64,000 bases of DNA from an uncultured Phycisphaerales bacterium (GCA_963755915.1 CAVWLP010000002.1:2784001-2848000), one strand, 5' to 3'. Shown: positions 13,906-25,179, counted from the first letter of the stretch. Program-made: numbers and translations. The notes: generated by a model not told the origin, from the letters alone.

Positions 13906-14784
13906 TCAGCGCGGAGGACGAGCCACCGACACCGATGCCCGGCCATTCAGTTTCGCTCTCTTCAGCGCACCGTCGGCGCGTTCCAGGACCGGCTGCCCGG
14001 CCGCCACGGCGGTGTCCGCCACACCGAACGTGCAGGTGACGCGGGAATCCGTTCCGGCTCCGAGGACCTCCAGCTCCCTGATCTTTTCGCTGAGGCGCTG
14101 GGCCGTCCGCCCGGCGTCGCGGCGGTCGAGTCCCGGCGCGGCGATCATGAACCGGCCGGCACCCCAGTCGGCGACGAGGTCTCCGGGGCGGCTATGCTTG
14201 ACGAGCATTTCGCCGATGCGGGAGATAACCTCGTCTCCGCCGGAGGTTCCGAAGCGGCCGTTGATGATGCGGAGTTCGTCGACGTCGCAGGCGATGCAGG
14301 CCAGCGATTTGCCGTCGCCAGCGACCGCCGCTTCATGGCTGGCCAGAAAGGCTTCCAAATCGGCCCGTCGGTGCAGGCCCGGGGTGCGTTGTGTATCGGG
14401 GTGAGGCTCCGCCTCACGTTTCTTTATCGATGACTGAACCGAAGCTAGTAATGACTCCGGAGTGAAAGGCTTGGTGATATAGCCGGCGGCTCCCAGCTCG
14501 ATTCCCTTCGACTTATCCTGCCTGGCGAAATCGGCGGTGACGAAAATGACCGGGATGGGGGAAGTCTCCTTGCTGCTCTTGAGGCGGCGGCAGACTTCGA
14601 AGCCGTCCATGCCGGGCAGATCCACGTCCAGCAAAATGACGTTGGGTCGGTAATGCACTGCCAGGCTGAGCCCTCGGTTACCGTCGTAGGCCGTGTGAAA
14701 TGCCACGCCCAGGGAGCCAAAGACCGACTGGATCAGGCGATGCATGGGAAGTGAGTCGTCAATGGTAAGAATTGAAGCGTCCAT
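13906..14784 (-). CDS. REC + degenerate GGDEF domain protein
   Basis: ILLDVDLP; DVDELRIINGRFGTSGGD; RPGD followed by WGAGRF in place of GGDEF. Confidence 0.82.
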   Translation of the reverse strand: MDASILTIDDSLPMHRLIQSVFGSLGVAFHTAYDGNRGLSLAVHYRPNVILLDVDLPGMDGFEVCRRLKSSKETSPIPVIFVTADFARQDKSKGIELGAAGYITKPFTPESLLASVQSSIKKREAEPHPDTQRTPGLHRRADLEAFLASHEAAVAGDGKSLACIACDVDELRIINGRFGTSGGDEVISRIGEMLVKHSRPGDLVADWGAGRFMIAAPGLDRRDAGRTAQRLSEKIRELEVLGAGTDSRVTCTFGVADTAVAAGQPVLERADGALKRAKLNGRASVSVARPPR

Positions 14785-14940
14785 AGCAGCTAAACCCTCG
14801 CTTACAGAAAAGAGAAAAAGTCTACGTATGTCATCATTCCGCTTTCCTACAAAAGTAGTTCGGTTGTCCTTCCGAAAAGGATTAGAAATTTTTCTCAAGA
14901 AAAACCTAAGTGACGGAACCCTTTTGTTTTCGGCCTCTTA

Positions 14941-15372
14941 TCACCGGAGGCAGTTTGTGAAGTTAATGTTATTCGCATATGTGGCGATCTTGTATTCCGG
15001 GAGCTGCGTTCGTAGTTCCCGGCCAATCCGGCTCTTCAGGTTCTCGGAGTCGAACGGCTTGGTCATGTAGTCGGCAGCGCCAAGCTTGAGAGCGCAAGCC
15101 CTTTCGTCCGTGCCGGATAGGGTGGTCAGGAAAATGACTGCCGCGCTGGACGTGTATGGATCGGCCTTGAGATGCCGGCAGACTTCAAAGCCGTTCATCG
15201 AGGGAAGGTCAAGGTCGAGCAGGATCAGGTCGAACCTGCCCGCGGCGGCCATTTCCAGCCCGGCGGGGCCGTCGTATGCCGACTCGATCCGCCACGGTTC
15301 CTCTTCCAGCGCCGAGCGGATCAGGCGATGAATGTCCTTCGAGTCGTCAATAATCAGAATTGATTGTTCCAT
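14941..15372 (-). CDS. Single-domain response regulator (REC)
   Basis: MEQSILIIDDS...ILLDLDLP...VIFLT...DYMTKPF. Confidence 0.85.
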   Translation of the reverse strand: MEQSILIIDDSKDIHRLIRSALEEEPWRIESAYDGPAGLEMAAAGRFDLILLDLDLPSMNGFEVCRHLKADPYTSSAAVIFLTTLSGTDERACALKLGAADYMTKPFDSENLKSRIGRELRTQLPEYKIATYANNINFTNCLR

Positions 15373-15395
15373 AACCCAGTTCCTCTCAAAAAGAG

Positions 15396-16328
15396 TCAGT
15401 TGTGCAGACGGCTGGCGGCCCAATCCGCCAGACGTGGTTCCGATAGTTCTCCCCCAAACAAAATACTTCCGTTGACGTGCTGGCGGGCGTCGGCGAGTGT
15501 TTCGACGGTCTTCTTGAGCAGGGCGCCGCCTCCGGAGAACTTTGAGAGCGCCACACCGATGGTGACCGCCGGCTGGACCGTGGTCAGGCCGCACATGTAG
15601 CCGGCATCAGAGATCGCCAGGCGGATGCGGTTTCCCAGCTCGATGGCGCTGCCCTTATCCGACGCGAATCCCAGCACGGCGTAGGTCTGCTCATCCCAGT
15701 GGCAGGTGACGTCCTCCTTTCGCAGCGAGGCGACGATTCCCTCGGCCGAGACGCGAACGAACTGGTCGAGGCTGTGCGGGCCGAGCTTGGCCGACATTCC
15801 CTGCCAGTCCTCCACCGCCGCCAGGAAGCAGGCCAGCGGCTTGCGCCACCGCCGGGCAGTGGATGCGTCCGTCTCGACCCGGTGCTCGAAATAGGTCCGG
15901 TTGAAAAGGCCGCTGCGCTTGTCGGTGGCCATCCGAGCCTCCGCGAGCTGAACGGCCTCGTGCGAGCGCAAAACGGACCTCACGCGAACCCGCAGCTCGT
16001 CGGGATCAAACGGCTTGGTGATGTAGTCGACGGCGCCCATGCCCATCCCTTTGAGCTTGTCCGCCATATCCGACCGCGAGGTCAGGAAAATGACCGGGAT
16101 ATCCTGGGTCGCCCGGTTCCATTTCAGCTGCCGGCAGACCTCGTATCCATTCAGGCCCGGCATGTTCATGTCGAGCAGGATGGCGTCCGGCTTCTGCTCG
16201 GAGGCATATTTCACCCCGGTCTCGCCGTCATACGCACCAATGCAGTGCGTAAACCAGTTTGACAGCGATTCCTTCGCCAGAGCATGAATCGCCTGGTCGT
16301 CATCCACCACGAGCACTCGGTGCGCCAT
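15396..16328 (-). CDS. REC + degenerate GGDEF domain protein
   Basis: VLVVDDD, ILLDMNMP, DKRSGLFNR, RKED followed by WDEQTY in place of GGDEF. Confidence 0.82.
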   Translation of the reverse strand: MAHRVLVVDDDQAIHALAKESLSNWFTHCIGAYDGETGVKYASEQKPDAILLDMNMPGLNGYEVCRQLKWNRATQDIPVIFLTSRSDMADKLKGMGMGAVDYITKPFDPDELRVRVRSVLRSHEAVQLAEARMATDKRSGLFNRTYFEHRVETDASTARRWRKPLACFLAAVEDWQGMSAKLGPHSLDQFVRVSAEGIVASLRKEDVTCHWDEQTYAVLGFASDKGSAIELGNRIRLAISDAGYMCGLTTVQPAVTIGVALSKFSGGGALLKKTVETLADARQHVNGSILFGGELSEPRLADWAASRLHN

Positions 16329-16564
16329 TTTCGTCCCTCGCAAAGGAGTTACGTGAAATAAATCGATGCAAAAGCGATATCGCCCACGGCTTTAGTCGCA
16401 ATCAGGAATCTTTGGAAATTCAGGAGGAAATTTGCTAACAAGAAGGGGATGGATTGGCGCGGATTGACCTCCGGGCCGTCAGATAATATTTCCAGGCGTA
16501 GCAGTGAACCCCCGAATGTAGACTTCTGGTCAGAAAAGAAGCGATTCGATTCCGCAATGACGTT

Positions 16565-18613
16565 TTACAGGTGGACTCTTCGGGTGTAGACCCACCATTC
16601 GAGCAGGAGCAGGGGGAGCGCGGCGGCGACGAGCCACCACCACAGCTCCAGGCGGCTCTTTCCCTGCGAGGCCGCGACTTCGTGCCCGCCGGTGCCGGGG
16701 GCGACGTCGGTCGGCAGCAGGTTGCTTTCGTTGACGTCCAGAAGGTTCACCGCGATCGTTTCATATTGCGGAATCGGCGGGTCGGTGTGATATAGCCCCA
16801 CTTTGTCCAGGGCGGGCAGAACGAAATCGCCTGCCGGTGGAACCTTGGCCGTCAGGGCGCCCATCGGACCGGTGATGGTGACGGAATCCGGCATGGGACT
16901 GAGCTTCTGGAGATTAAACCGTGGAACTCGCAGGGCGACCCCCGGCTCGTAGGACGGACGTACCTGAAGATCCGTCCCCAGCGCCATGAACTGAAGCGTC
17001 TGATACAAAAATACTGGCCAGGTGGGCTGGAGCGGCCAACTGCTGTTGATCACGTCGAACGGAATGATCAGATGAAACGCTCGGTTCTCGCGGTGCAAAA
17101 CCACGAGCGGGCAATTCGTGCCGTCTACGAGGACCTGCGAATTCAGGGTCGGCAAAACTTTGAAGACGTGGGCCGCGTAGAGCTTGCCGAGGTTGAGATA
17201 GCGCAGGATGGGATGATCGCGGTCCCAGTCGAGCACCCAGTTATCGTCTTCGATGACGCGGTTGCCGGCCACGTCGGTCGCCGCCTTGATCTCCAGGCCC
17301 GGCGGCACGCAGCCGAAATAGATTGCCGCGCCACTGGTCGGAACCTCGGCGGGTTTCAGGTCGTCGTCGCGGTCGAAGACGATCACGTCGTAAGGCTTGG
17401 GGAGTTTTTTTCCGCCGCCGTCGGCGTTGGACAGCTCGTGATATTCCTGGGGAAACATCTTGTCGAGAACCTGAAGCCGCTGGCTTCGCAGGCCCTGCTC
17501 GAGGAACCAGTTGCCATCCGTCACCAGCAGCACCGAAAGAATCTTCGGGGGGGGGACCACGACGCTGGCGGCGTCGTCGGCTGAAAGATGGTCGCCGTCG
17601 CGGTTCATCTGCTCGACGGTGACGACGGCCGAATCCGTCAGCTCAAGCAGGGGAAATTCCACGCCATTGCGCTCGGCGAATCCGCCGGCGATGGCCTGGC
17701 GGCGCTGGTCGTCGGTATATCGCTCCGGCAGGAGGTTCGCCGTGCCGCTGCTTTGCACCTTGCCGTTGACGCTGAGCTGGACCTGCACGTCGCTGACGGG
17801 GTCGGGCCCGAAATTAGCGAGCCGGGCGAAAACCTGCACCTGCGTGGGCTGCTGGTAATCGCGCTTGGCGCTCATGGCCACCACGGCGATGTTGCCGGCC
17901 GTGTCCGTGCCGATCTTCTGGTAGTGCAGATTTCCCTGAAGGCTGGCCTTCTCCGCATCGAGAACGCGGCCGTCGGAATAAAGATAAACATCGGGGGCTT
18001 CGCGGAACTGCGAGGAGGTGGAATTCGCGGGGCCGTCGATCGTGGTGAAGGCCGCTTGTGCGTTGGCAAGCTGATACGCGGCCTCGAGCTTGGTGCGGCG
18101 ATCGGTCGGCTCGATTGAATCGATGGCATTTTTCAGGACGCGCTTGTCGGAGGTGAAGGGAACAAGGGTCTGGGCGGAATCGTCGAACGCGATCAGCATC
18201 GCCGCCCCGTTTCGGCCCATGGTGTCGACGAGGCTCTTGGCCTCGCGCTTGGCTTCGTCAAGCCGGGTGCGGCCGCCCGGAATGTCGTCCGCCGACATCG
18301 AGGCGGAGTGGTCGATCAGAATGATCGTGCGCGGGCCAGCGCCTGGGGTGTAATTCATGATTGGACGGGCAAGCGCGAGAAGCAGGGCGAGCAGTAAAAG
18401 CAACTGCAGGAGAAGGAGGAGATTTTTCCGTAGTCTTTGAAACGGCGAGTTGACCTGTAGATCCTGCACTGCCTTGCGCCAAAGGAGGGTAGAAGGTACT
18501 GGAAGCTCCCTGCGGCGCAGTTTTAAGAAGTAGAGAATCAGCAGCGAAGGAATAACGATCGAAGCCGCCAGAGCAGCAGGCCAAGTGTTGAGAAAATGCG
18601 GTAGATACGACAT
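16565..18613 (-). CDS. BatA N-terminal + VWA domain membrane protein
   Basis: LILYFLKLRRRELPVPSTLLW (BatA), IDHSASM (MIDAS), C-terminal ELWWWLVAAALPLLLLEWWV. Confidence 0.9.
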   Translation of the reverse strand: MSYLPHFLNTWPAALAASIVIPSLLILYFLKLRRRELPVPSTLLWRKAVQDLQVNSPFQRLRKNLLLLLQLLLLLALLLALARPIMNYTPGAGPRTIILIDHSASMSADDIPGGRTRLDEAKREAKSLVDTMGRNGAAMLIAFDDSAQTLVPFTSDKRVLKNAIDSIEPTDRRTKLEAAYQLANAQAAFTTIDGPANSTSSQFREAPDVYLYSDGRVLDAEKASLQGNLHYQKIGTDTAGNIAVVAMSAKRDYQQPTQVQVFARLANFGPDPVSDVQVQLSVNGKVQSSGTANLLPERYTDDQRRQAIAGGFAERNGVEFPLLELTDSAVVTVEQMNRDGDHLSADDAASVVVPPPKILSVLLVTDGNWFLEQGLRSQRLQVLDKMFPQEYHELSNADGGGKKLPKPYDVIVFDRDDDLKPAEVPTSGAAIYFGCVPPGLEIKAATDVAGNRVIEDDNWVLDWDRDHPILRYLNLGKLYAAHVFKVLPTLNSQVLVDGTNCPLVVLHRENRAFHLIIPFDVINSSWPLQPTWPVFLYQTLQFMALGTDLQVRPSYEPGVALRVPRFNLQKLSPMPDSVTITGPMGALTAKVPPAGDFVLPALDKVGLYHTDPPIPQYETIAVNLLDVNESNLLPTDVAPGTGGHEVAASQGKSRLELWWWLVAAALPLLLLEWWVYTRRVHL

Positions 18614-18620
18614 GGTAAAA

Positions 18621-19113
18621 CCCGAAACCAGAAACCAGAATGGCGAATCAAATCCGAAACTAGAATGACGAATGAATTGGCCCGGATTTTATGCCAGGGT
18701 TCGTCGGCGAATCGCGCCGAAAATCAAATTTAGCTCCTTTGCTTCTTTCCAAAGTGTGCCCGCCTCTTGCCGGATTGACGGCTCGGCAGCCACGATCATT
18801 CGCAGCCAATATTTCGTTTCACGCGATTCCTTGCGACGGAGGCCGATCTTGTGGCGGAAATCCTTCTTCGACTCCGCATCGTCGGCTTCGCAATAATTTG
18901 CGCCGACACTCGTTCCCGCCCGCACCACCTGCCCGATCAGGGGCGTCGTCAGGGCATTCTGTGGCACCCGCTTGGCAAATGCGATAACGGACTCCCCAAA
19001 CCGCGCGGTTCGCTCCTCCAGATCAAAAGTGGCGCGGCGATCGCAGTTGGCGTCACCCAATTCGTCATTCGGATTTCGGATTTGATTCGCCATTCTGGTT
19101 TCGGGCTTCGGAA
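18621..19113. mobile_element. Putative inverted-repeat cassette carrying a four-helix-bundle gene (family A, loaded form)
   Basis: ~50-bp inverted repeats at 18621-18680 and 19057-19113, including a 29-nt perfect core gaaaccagaatggcgaatcaaatccgaaa. Mobility is inferred, not shown. Confidence 0.6.
18689..19093 (-). CDS. Four helix bundle protein (TIGR02436 / 23S rRNA IVP-like)
   Basis: DLEERTARFG...QVVRAGTSVGANYCEA...SKKDFRHKI...KESRETKYWL...EAKELNLIF. Confidence 0.92.
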   Translation of the reverse strand: MANQIRNPNDELGDANCDRRATFDLEERTARFGESVIAFAKRVPQNALTTPLIGQVVRAGTSVGANYCEADDAESKKDFRHKIGLRRKESRETKYWLRMIVAAEPSIRQEAGTLWKEAKELNLIFGAIRRRTLA

Positions 19114-20019
19114 TTATCCCAAAAGTCCACGCTCCCTTAAATAGTTTAAAACCAGCGTCTCAAACGGCACCGCCGTGCTGCTGAACAAATACGTTCCGCC
19201 TCTTCGTCTCAAATACTCTTTCAAACTTAGGCAGTAGGCGTTCAGATTCTTTTTGTACTGCGCCATCAGCGGCTCGGTGATCGACACCTCCGCCATATCC
19301 CCATCCTCGACATCTTTGAGCTTCAAATCTCCGGCGAGTTCCGGATCGATTTCCTGCGGCGAAAGTATCTGCACGCAGAACAGATCGTATTTTCCGCCGG
19401 CGACATAGCGGAGGCCCGCCTCGAAGCCCTCTTTCACGAAGAAATCGGAAAGGACCACGCACACACCCTTTTGACGGTGCGTGAGCGCAAACTTCCGGCA
19501 GGCCTCGGCGAAATGGCTCGGGCCCGCGGGCGTGAGCTTATCGATGAAATCGATCATCTGCCCCACGCGGCGGCGGCCGCGCAGGGCGCCGGTTTCGGCG
19601 GCGATGCCTTCGGAGATCGCCACGATGTGCACGCGGTTGTAATTCACCAGCCCCACATACCCCAGCGCTGCCGCCACCCGCTTGATATACAGGGCCTTGT
19701 TGGGCTCGCCGTAGTCGCAGCTTTTGCTCACGTCGACGAGGATGAACATGGAAAGATCTTCCTCCTCGAGGAAGAGTTTCAGGAAGAGCTTGTCGAGCCG
19801 GGCGTAGATGTTCCAGTCGATGAAGCGCAGATCGTCGCCGATGACGTAGTTGCGGTAATCGGCGAATTCGACCGATTGTCCGCGGCGCTTGGAGCGGCGC
19901 TCGCCTTTCAGTTTTCCAGCCAGCAGCTTGCGCGAAATGACGTCGAGCTGATCGAGCTTGGCCATGAATTGCGGATCGAGCAGCAGGGACCGGGAATTTG
20001 GGCGGGCGATGGTCGTCAT
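19114..20019 (-). CDS. DUF58 domain protein
   Basis: GQSVEFADYRNYVIGDDLRFIDWNIYAR; VVLSDF. Confidence 0.93.
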   Translation of the reverse strand: MTTIARPNSRSLLLDPQFMAKLDQLDVISRKLLAGKLKGERRSKRRGQSVEFADYRNYVIGDDLRFIDWNIYARLDKLFLKLFLEEEDLSMFILVDVSKSCDYGEPNKALYIKRVAAALGYVGLVNYNRVHIVAISEGIAAETGALRGRRRVGQMIDFIDKLTPAGPSHFAEACRKFALTHRQKGVCVVLSDFFVKEGFEAGLRYVAGGKYDLFCVQILSPQEIDPELAGDLKLKDVEDGDMAEVSITEPLMAQYKKNLNAYCLSLKEYLRRRGGTYLFSSTAVPFETLVLNYLRERGLLG

Positions 20020-20585
20020 TGGTTTTCGCTCGTATGTGTTTCCAGCGCCGGGCGCTTTTCCCTGCTGAAATGCCGGATCATTTCGATGGCCCGGTCGAGG
20101 TCTCCCGACCAGACCTGAGCTGTCGCGAATTCCTGCTCCCTTTCACCGCTGTAAAAGGCCAGGTTCGGCTTGAAATGCGAGTATCGAATCCGTGCCGCGG
20201 CCCCCTCGGCCCGCAGGTGCTCGACCAGCATGTTCACGCTGGCCACGTCCGCGCTGTATACCTCCACCTCGGTCTCCTCCGGCTCGGGCTTTCGCGGCGG
20301 CGTCGTGGTGCTCGGCCAGTGCTCGCGCATCATTTTCCCGTCCAGGGGCATCGTCAGCGGCAATTCCGGCGGCTGAATCGGGAACCCGCATTCGGGGCAG
20401 CGATCCTCCGACCCGCGCAGGTCGTATCCGCACTTAACGCATTTCCAGGCCGCGAAACGCTCGTTTGCGTGCACCACCAGGATTCCACGCAGGATAGCCG
20501 ACCCGATTAAAAGCAGGGCGATAACGACAATCGCACCGCCCACCAATGCGGGATTCGCGGCGAAATAGTTCAGAACATCGATCAA
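20016..20585 (-). CDS. Membrane protein with CxxCGYDLR...CPECG zinc ribbon
   Basis: N-terminal TM helix, CVKCGYDLRGSEDRCPECG; its stop overlaps the DUF58 start (ATGA). Confidence 0.7.
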   Translation of the reverse strand: MIDVLNYFAANPALVGGAIVVIALLLIGSAILRGILVVHANERFAAWKCVKCGYDLRGSEDRCPECGFPIQPPELPLTMPLDGKMMREHWPSTTTPPRKPEPEETEVEVYSADVASVNMLVEHLRAEGAAARIRYSHFKPNLAFYSGEREQEFATAQVWSGDLDRAIEMIRHFSREKRPALETHTSENQ

Positions 20586-20617
20586 TGCCGATTCTCCTGC
20601 ACTCTCAAATTCAATAT

Positions 20618-20681
20618 CTCACGCAGAGGCGCGGAGGGAATTGAAGGCAATTTCTCTGCGAGCTCTGCGCCTCTGCGTGAG
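20618..20681. repeat. Palindromic element, 9-bp unit (acgcagagg/ctctgcg), family B
   Basis: ctcacgcagaggcgcggag ... ctctgcgcctctgcgtgag; ends 1 nt from the moxR stop. Confidence 0.85.
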
Positions 20682-20682
20682 C

Positions 20683-21739
20683 TTATGCTTTTTTTGCCAC
20701 TACAACCGCGTCGTCCTCCACCGTATTGGGCGTCTCTGCGATTACTTTCTCCAGCACCATGTCCGTAGTGATTCCTTCAGCTTCGCCTTCGAAATTCAGG
20801 ATCACGCGATGCCGCATCGCGGGGATCGCGACGTCCTTCACATCCTTAAAGCTGACATGGAACCGTCCATCCAGCAGCGCCCGTACTTTGCTCGCCAGTA
20901 CGATCGCCTGCGCGGCACGCGGGCTGGCGCCGACGCGCAGGAATTGGTTCGTCATGTTCACGGCGAAAATCCCCTGCGGATGCGTCGCCAGGACGACGCG
21001 GATCGCATAATCCTGCACGTGCGGGGCGATGATCACGCGCTTCACCAGTTGCTGATGCTGAACGATCCGCGGGCCGTTCAGGACCGGCTTGACGGCGTGC
21101 GCTATACGTCGAGGTCGTGCGGTTGAGAATCTCCCGCAGTTCATCCCGCCCGCTGTATTGCACGCAGCAGCTTGAAGAAGAACCGGTCGAGCTGCGCTTC
21201 GGGAAGCGGATAGGTTCCTTCCTGCTCCAGCGGGTTCTGCGTGGCCATCACGAAGAAGGGCTCCTCGAGCTTGCGCACCTGCCCGCCGGCTGTCACCTGG
21301 CTGTTCCTGCATCGCCTCCAGAAGGGCCGACTGCGTCTTGGGCGTGGCGCGGTTGATTTCGTCGGCCAGCACGATCTGCGAAAAGATCGGGCCAGACATG
21401 AAGGTGAAGCCGCGATGGCCGTGCGTCGTTTTCCATGATCACGTTGGTGCCGATGACGTCGGCCGGCATCAGATCGGGCGTGAACTGAATCCGGCTGAAT
21501 TTCAGATCCAGCGCCTCGGCCAGCGCGCGGATCAGCGCCGTCTTGCCCAGCCCTGGCACGCCTTCCAGCAGCGCATGGCCGCCGACGAAGAGGCAGGTGA
21601 GCACGCCGTCGACGATATCCTGGTGCCCGACGATGACCTTGCCGATTTCGGTTTGCACCGCCCGGTAGTCCTGCCGGAACTGATCGCAAGCGGCCTGGAT
21701 TTGGGGATCAACGCCCTGGATGTTGGATGCTACGGCCAT
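20683..21739 (-). CDS. moxR: MoxR-family AAA+ ATPase; several frameshifts
   Basis: [73 protein letters not shown]. Confidence 0.93.
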
Positions 21740-21778
21740 AGGGGTCCTTCGCAAAAGTTATGTTTGCTTGAAATAGAC

Positions 21779-21974
21779 GAAACTCGAAACCCGAAATTCG
21801 GAGGCGCGGACGCCTCCGGGGCGTACTCGCCGATTACGGCCCGGAGCCGTCCGCGGCTCCGACGAATCAAATTCGAAATTCGAATGACCAAAACAGATAG
21901 CGATGTCGGCCCATTTGTTTCGAGTTTCGGGTTTCGAATTTGATTCGTCATTCGAATTTCGGGTTTCGAGTTTT
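21779..21974. repeat. Family A hairpin (7-bp gaaattc/gaaactc units), empty form with nested 61-bp insert
   Basis: Arms share the core gacgaatcaaattcgaa / ttcgaatttgattcgtc; insert at 21800-21860. Confidence 0.9.
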
Positions 21975-24900
21975 TCACTCTTCCGTCTTCTGCCTGATCT
22001 TCTGCTGCGCCCGGCGCTTTGCCTGCATCAGCCCACCGGTATATTCGGCCAATCCCACCGCGCCTTTTGGCTGCGTTTCCTTCGATCCTGCCGGGACCGG
22101 TTTGTCCACGGCTCCGCCCACGACGGAGGTCAGATCGCCCTCCACGCCTCCTCCCGCCTCGAATTTCGCCGTTGGATTTGGCCGGGCCTGCACCATCGTC
22201 GCGGCCCGCGCGGTTCCCGGCTCCGGTTCCTGCACCTTGAACTTCTGCTCGGCGACTTCTTCCCTGACGCGCTTGAGGGTCTCGAGCATCTGCGGCGATT
22301 CCACCTTGCGATAGGTCATGCGTAAACGTGCGCACATAATCCGCGGCCGCCAGGGCCATGCGCTTGGTGGCCGGCCAATCCCAGGCGATGCGCCGCACGG
22401 CCACGTCGATAATGATCAGGGCCAGCAGCCAGGGGACCAGCAAATCCCAGATCGATTGCGGCGAATCCGTCACGGCCAGTCCATCGCGCGTAAACAAATC
22501 GGCCGACGTTACGTCAAACGGCTTGAGCCATCTCCCGCCCGTGCGCTGCGGCGATCTGCTGAAGCAGTGCGTCGTTGCTCTGAAGGTTCCGCATCTCCGG
22601 CGAGCTGTTCACTGTCGTCCCCGCCAGCAGCGAGCCGGTTTTCCCATCCTCCCCGACGTAAGAGAGATAGCAGATATAACTTCCCTGCGCGCTGGCATCG
22701 AAATCGGCCTCATAAGTCCCTGGCCCTGTTTGAAGCAGCCGGATGGGATGCGGGGTGAGATCGGCGCCGCCGGCGATTGTGCCGGCGATATTGAGGAAGT
22801 TGTTAAACGCGTTCCCCTCTTTCTGGGCCCGCACGATGATGTGCCCCTGGTCGCCGTCGGTGGTCATTTCGGTTTCAAAATCGCTGGAGAAGGGGGAGCG
22901 GGAAACGCCGCGGACCATTTGCGACCAGAATTTCTCGTACAGGTCGCTGCCGACCCAGTTGGCGTCCCAGCGGTTAAACGCATCGCCGGTAAACACCGCC
23001 GACTTTCCCAGCCCCGCCTGCCACATTGCCAGCACCGGATCACGCTTCGGGCCGGCCACCATCGGCACTTCGATCAGCGGATTGTCCTTGCGGCCGGTCA
23101 GGTCATACCCATACAGCGGCGGCATCGGGCCCGGCGTGATTCCCTTCACCAGATCGCTGCTGCTTGCCGCCAGTACGACAGGAATTCCATGCGGGTCTTC
23201 CTGGATAATGCTGCGCTTCACAACCGTCGCTTCCTTGATGAAGATCTGCGGCAGGGGGGCAAGATTGCCTTCAAACGGCCCGTAGATTCCTGCCGCCCGT
23301 GCGCTGCGCTAACTCCTTGCATCCCGGCGCGATATTTCCAGGCTGATGCGGATAAACCGTGATCGTCGAAACGCTGATCTTGTCCCCGATCAATTGCTGG
23401 ATCGTTCCCTCCGACGGCATTTCCGGATCGTCATCGGTAATCAGCACGATATGTTTCGCCCGCGCGTTCGACGCCAGCAGGCCCTCATGTCCATCTTTCC
23501 CATCCAACGCTAGCGAGATCGATTCCTCGAAGCTGGGCATGTCGCCAAGCTCCCAGTTCTTGATTGCCGCTAGCACCTTGCTGCCGTCTCCTTTCACGGC
23601 CAGGGGCGCATCCCATCGGCAGCCGGGGCCCGTCGAATAGGCATAGCTGATGACGCCCACTTCATCCTGCGTGGAGAGGGCCTCCATTGCCTTGATGGCG
23701 CACTGTTCGCCCCAGTAATTTCCGTCCGGCGCTTCGGCAGGGTCCATGATCAAAACCAGCGCACCCTTGGGAATCTGCCGCTGGGCGGGGACCTCCATGT
23801 TTACTGGCAATTCCTGCTCCAGCCGCGAGCCTTCCCAGCCGCCGGCGCCAAATGTTTCCGGCCCGCCGATCATCACTAGGCCGCCGCCGGTGTCGTGAAT
23901 GTATTGGGCCAGGATTTGTTCCTGCTGGTCGTTCAATCCCCCCTCGCCGCGCGGGACGTTCGCCAGAATGACCGCGTCATAGGCTTGAAGCTCGATGGGA
24001 TTATTCGGGAATTCCTCGGGCGTAATCGTAACCAGGTTGATCTTCTCATTCTGAAGCGCCTGCCGCAGGAACCGGCCCGAATCGACGCTGTGACTGGGAT
24101 CGGTATTGTCGACCAGGAGCACCCGCCCCTTGCCTTGCACGAAGGTAAACGCATCCGCCGATTTGTTGTCGAGCTGCGACGCCACGGGCGTCTGGTCGTC
24201 GCCAACTTCCGCCGTCACACCCGCGATGTTCGAAACCGTCGCGTGAAATTGGTGGACGCCCACCGACTGGGCCGGAAGCTGGATGCGCTCCACGTTTGGC
24301 CCGGGCTTGAGCATCACCCGCTGCGTCGTTTGTCCGCCGCTGAGGGGAATCAGTTTCCCGTTGTCGGTGACGGAAATATCGCCCGCGACATTCGCATCGT
24401 TCTTGCTGTTGATATAAACGTCGATGCTGAAGGGCTGCCCCTCCTGCCGCCGGGTTGGGGCGATGAATTTGTCCATCATCACCTCATGCTCGACGTTGTA
24501 CTGGAGCGGCATCACGTCGATCGGTACATGCTGGCTCGACGCGGCGGCCATCGCGGCGTCCAGGTCGCCCGAAGTGGCATTCCCGTCCCAGATCAGCAGC
24601 AGGCGGTGCATGGAGTTGTTGCTCATCGACGCCAGCCCAAGCTGAATTGCCCCCGCGGCATCGGTTCCCGTGCCGGGACCGCGCACCGCCCGCGCCTCCA
24701 GCGAAAGCTGCGGGCTGGGAATCGCGTCGATGTAGGCGTGCTCGTTGAAGCTGATCTCCCCGACGCGATCCCCTGCCTTGCGCGAGGGGCTGTTCTCCGA
24801 CTTCGTGGCGCTCAGCAGATAATCGTCGAGGGACGATTGAAGATATTTACCCGGATAATCCGTCACCAGTTGCGTCGATTGGCTGATGTCCCGCACCACC

Positions 24901-25142
24901 ATCACTTCCACATCCGTGTTTTTACGCACGAGCTGGATATCCCCCAGGATCAGGATAATCAGCAGCAGGACCGCCAGCCGAAGCCCGATCGCCACCCACT
25001 TCCGCACCGACCCCAGGCCGGACAGCGATTTTATTCCCAGCAGAATGATGACGGAGCCGATGCCTCCGAACAGCGCCAGCGCCATCCACGGCGAAAACTC
25101 GTCGAGGCGGAAGGAGATGGAGGAGAGGAGGGTGAAAACCAT
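21975..25142 (-). CDS. Large VWA + glutamine-amidotransferase-like membrane protein; frameshifted into several ORFs
   Basis: RDISQS and LLLIWDGN (VWA), YDAVILANVP...GGGLVMIGGPETFGAGGW (GATase1-like), DPVLAMWQAGLGKSAVFT, PWLLALIIIDVAVRRI. Confidence 0.85.
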
Positions 25143-25179
25143 TAATCAGTTCCGCGCCATCCTAAATGCGTCAGGGGTC

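Noticed and set aside
18689-19093. Avd gene of a diversity-generating retroelement, or an rRNA intervening sequence
   Set aside because: No reverse transcriptase, template/variable repeat pair or rRNA gene is visible in the window.
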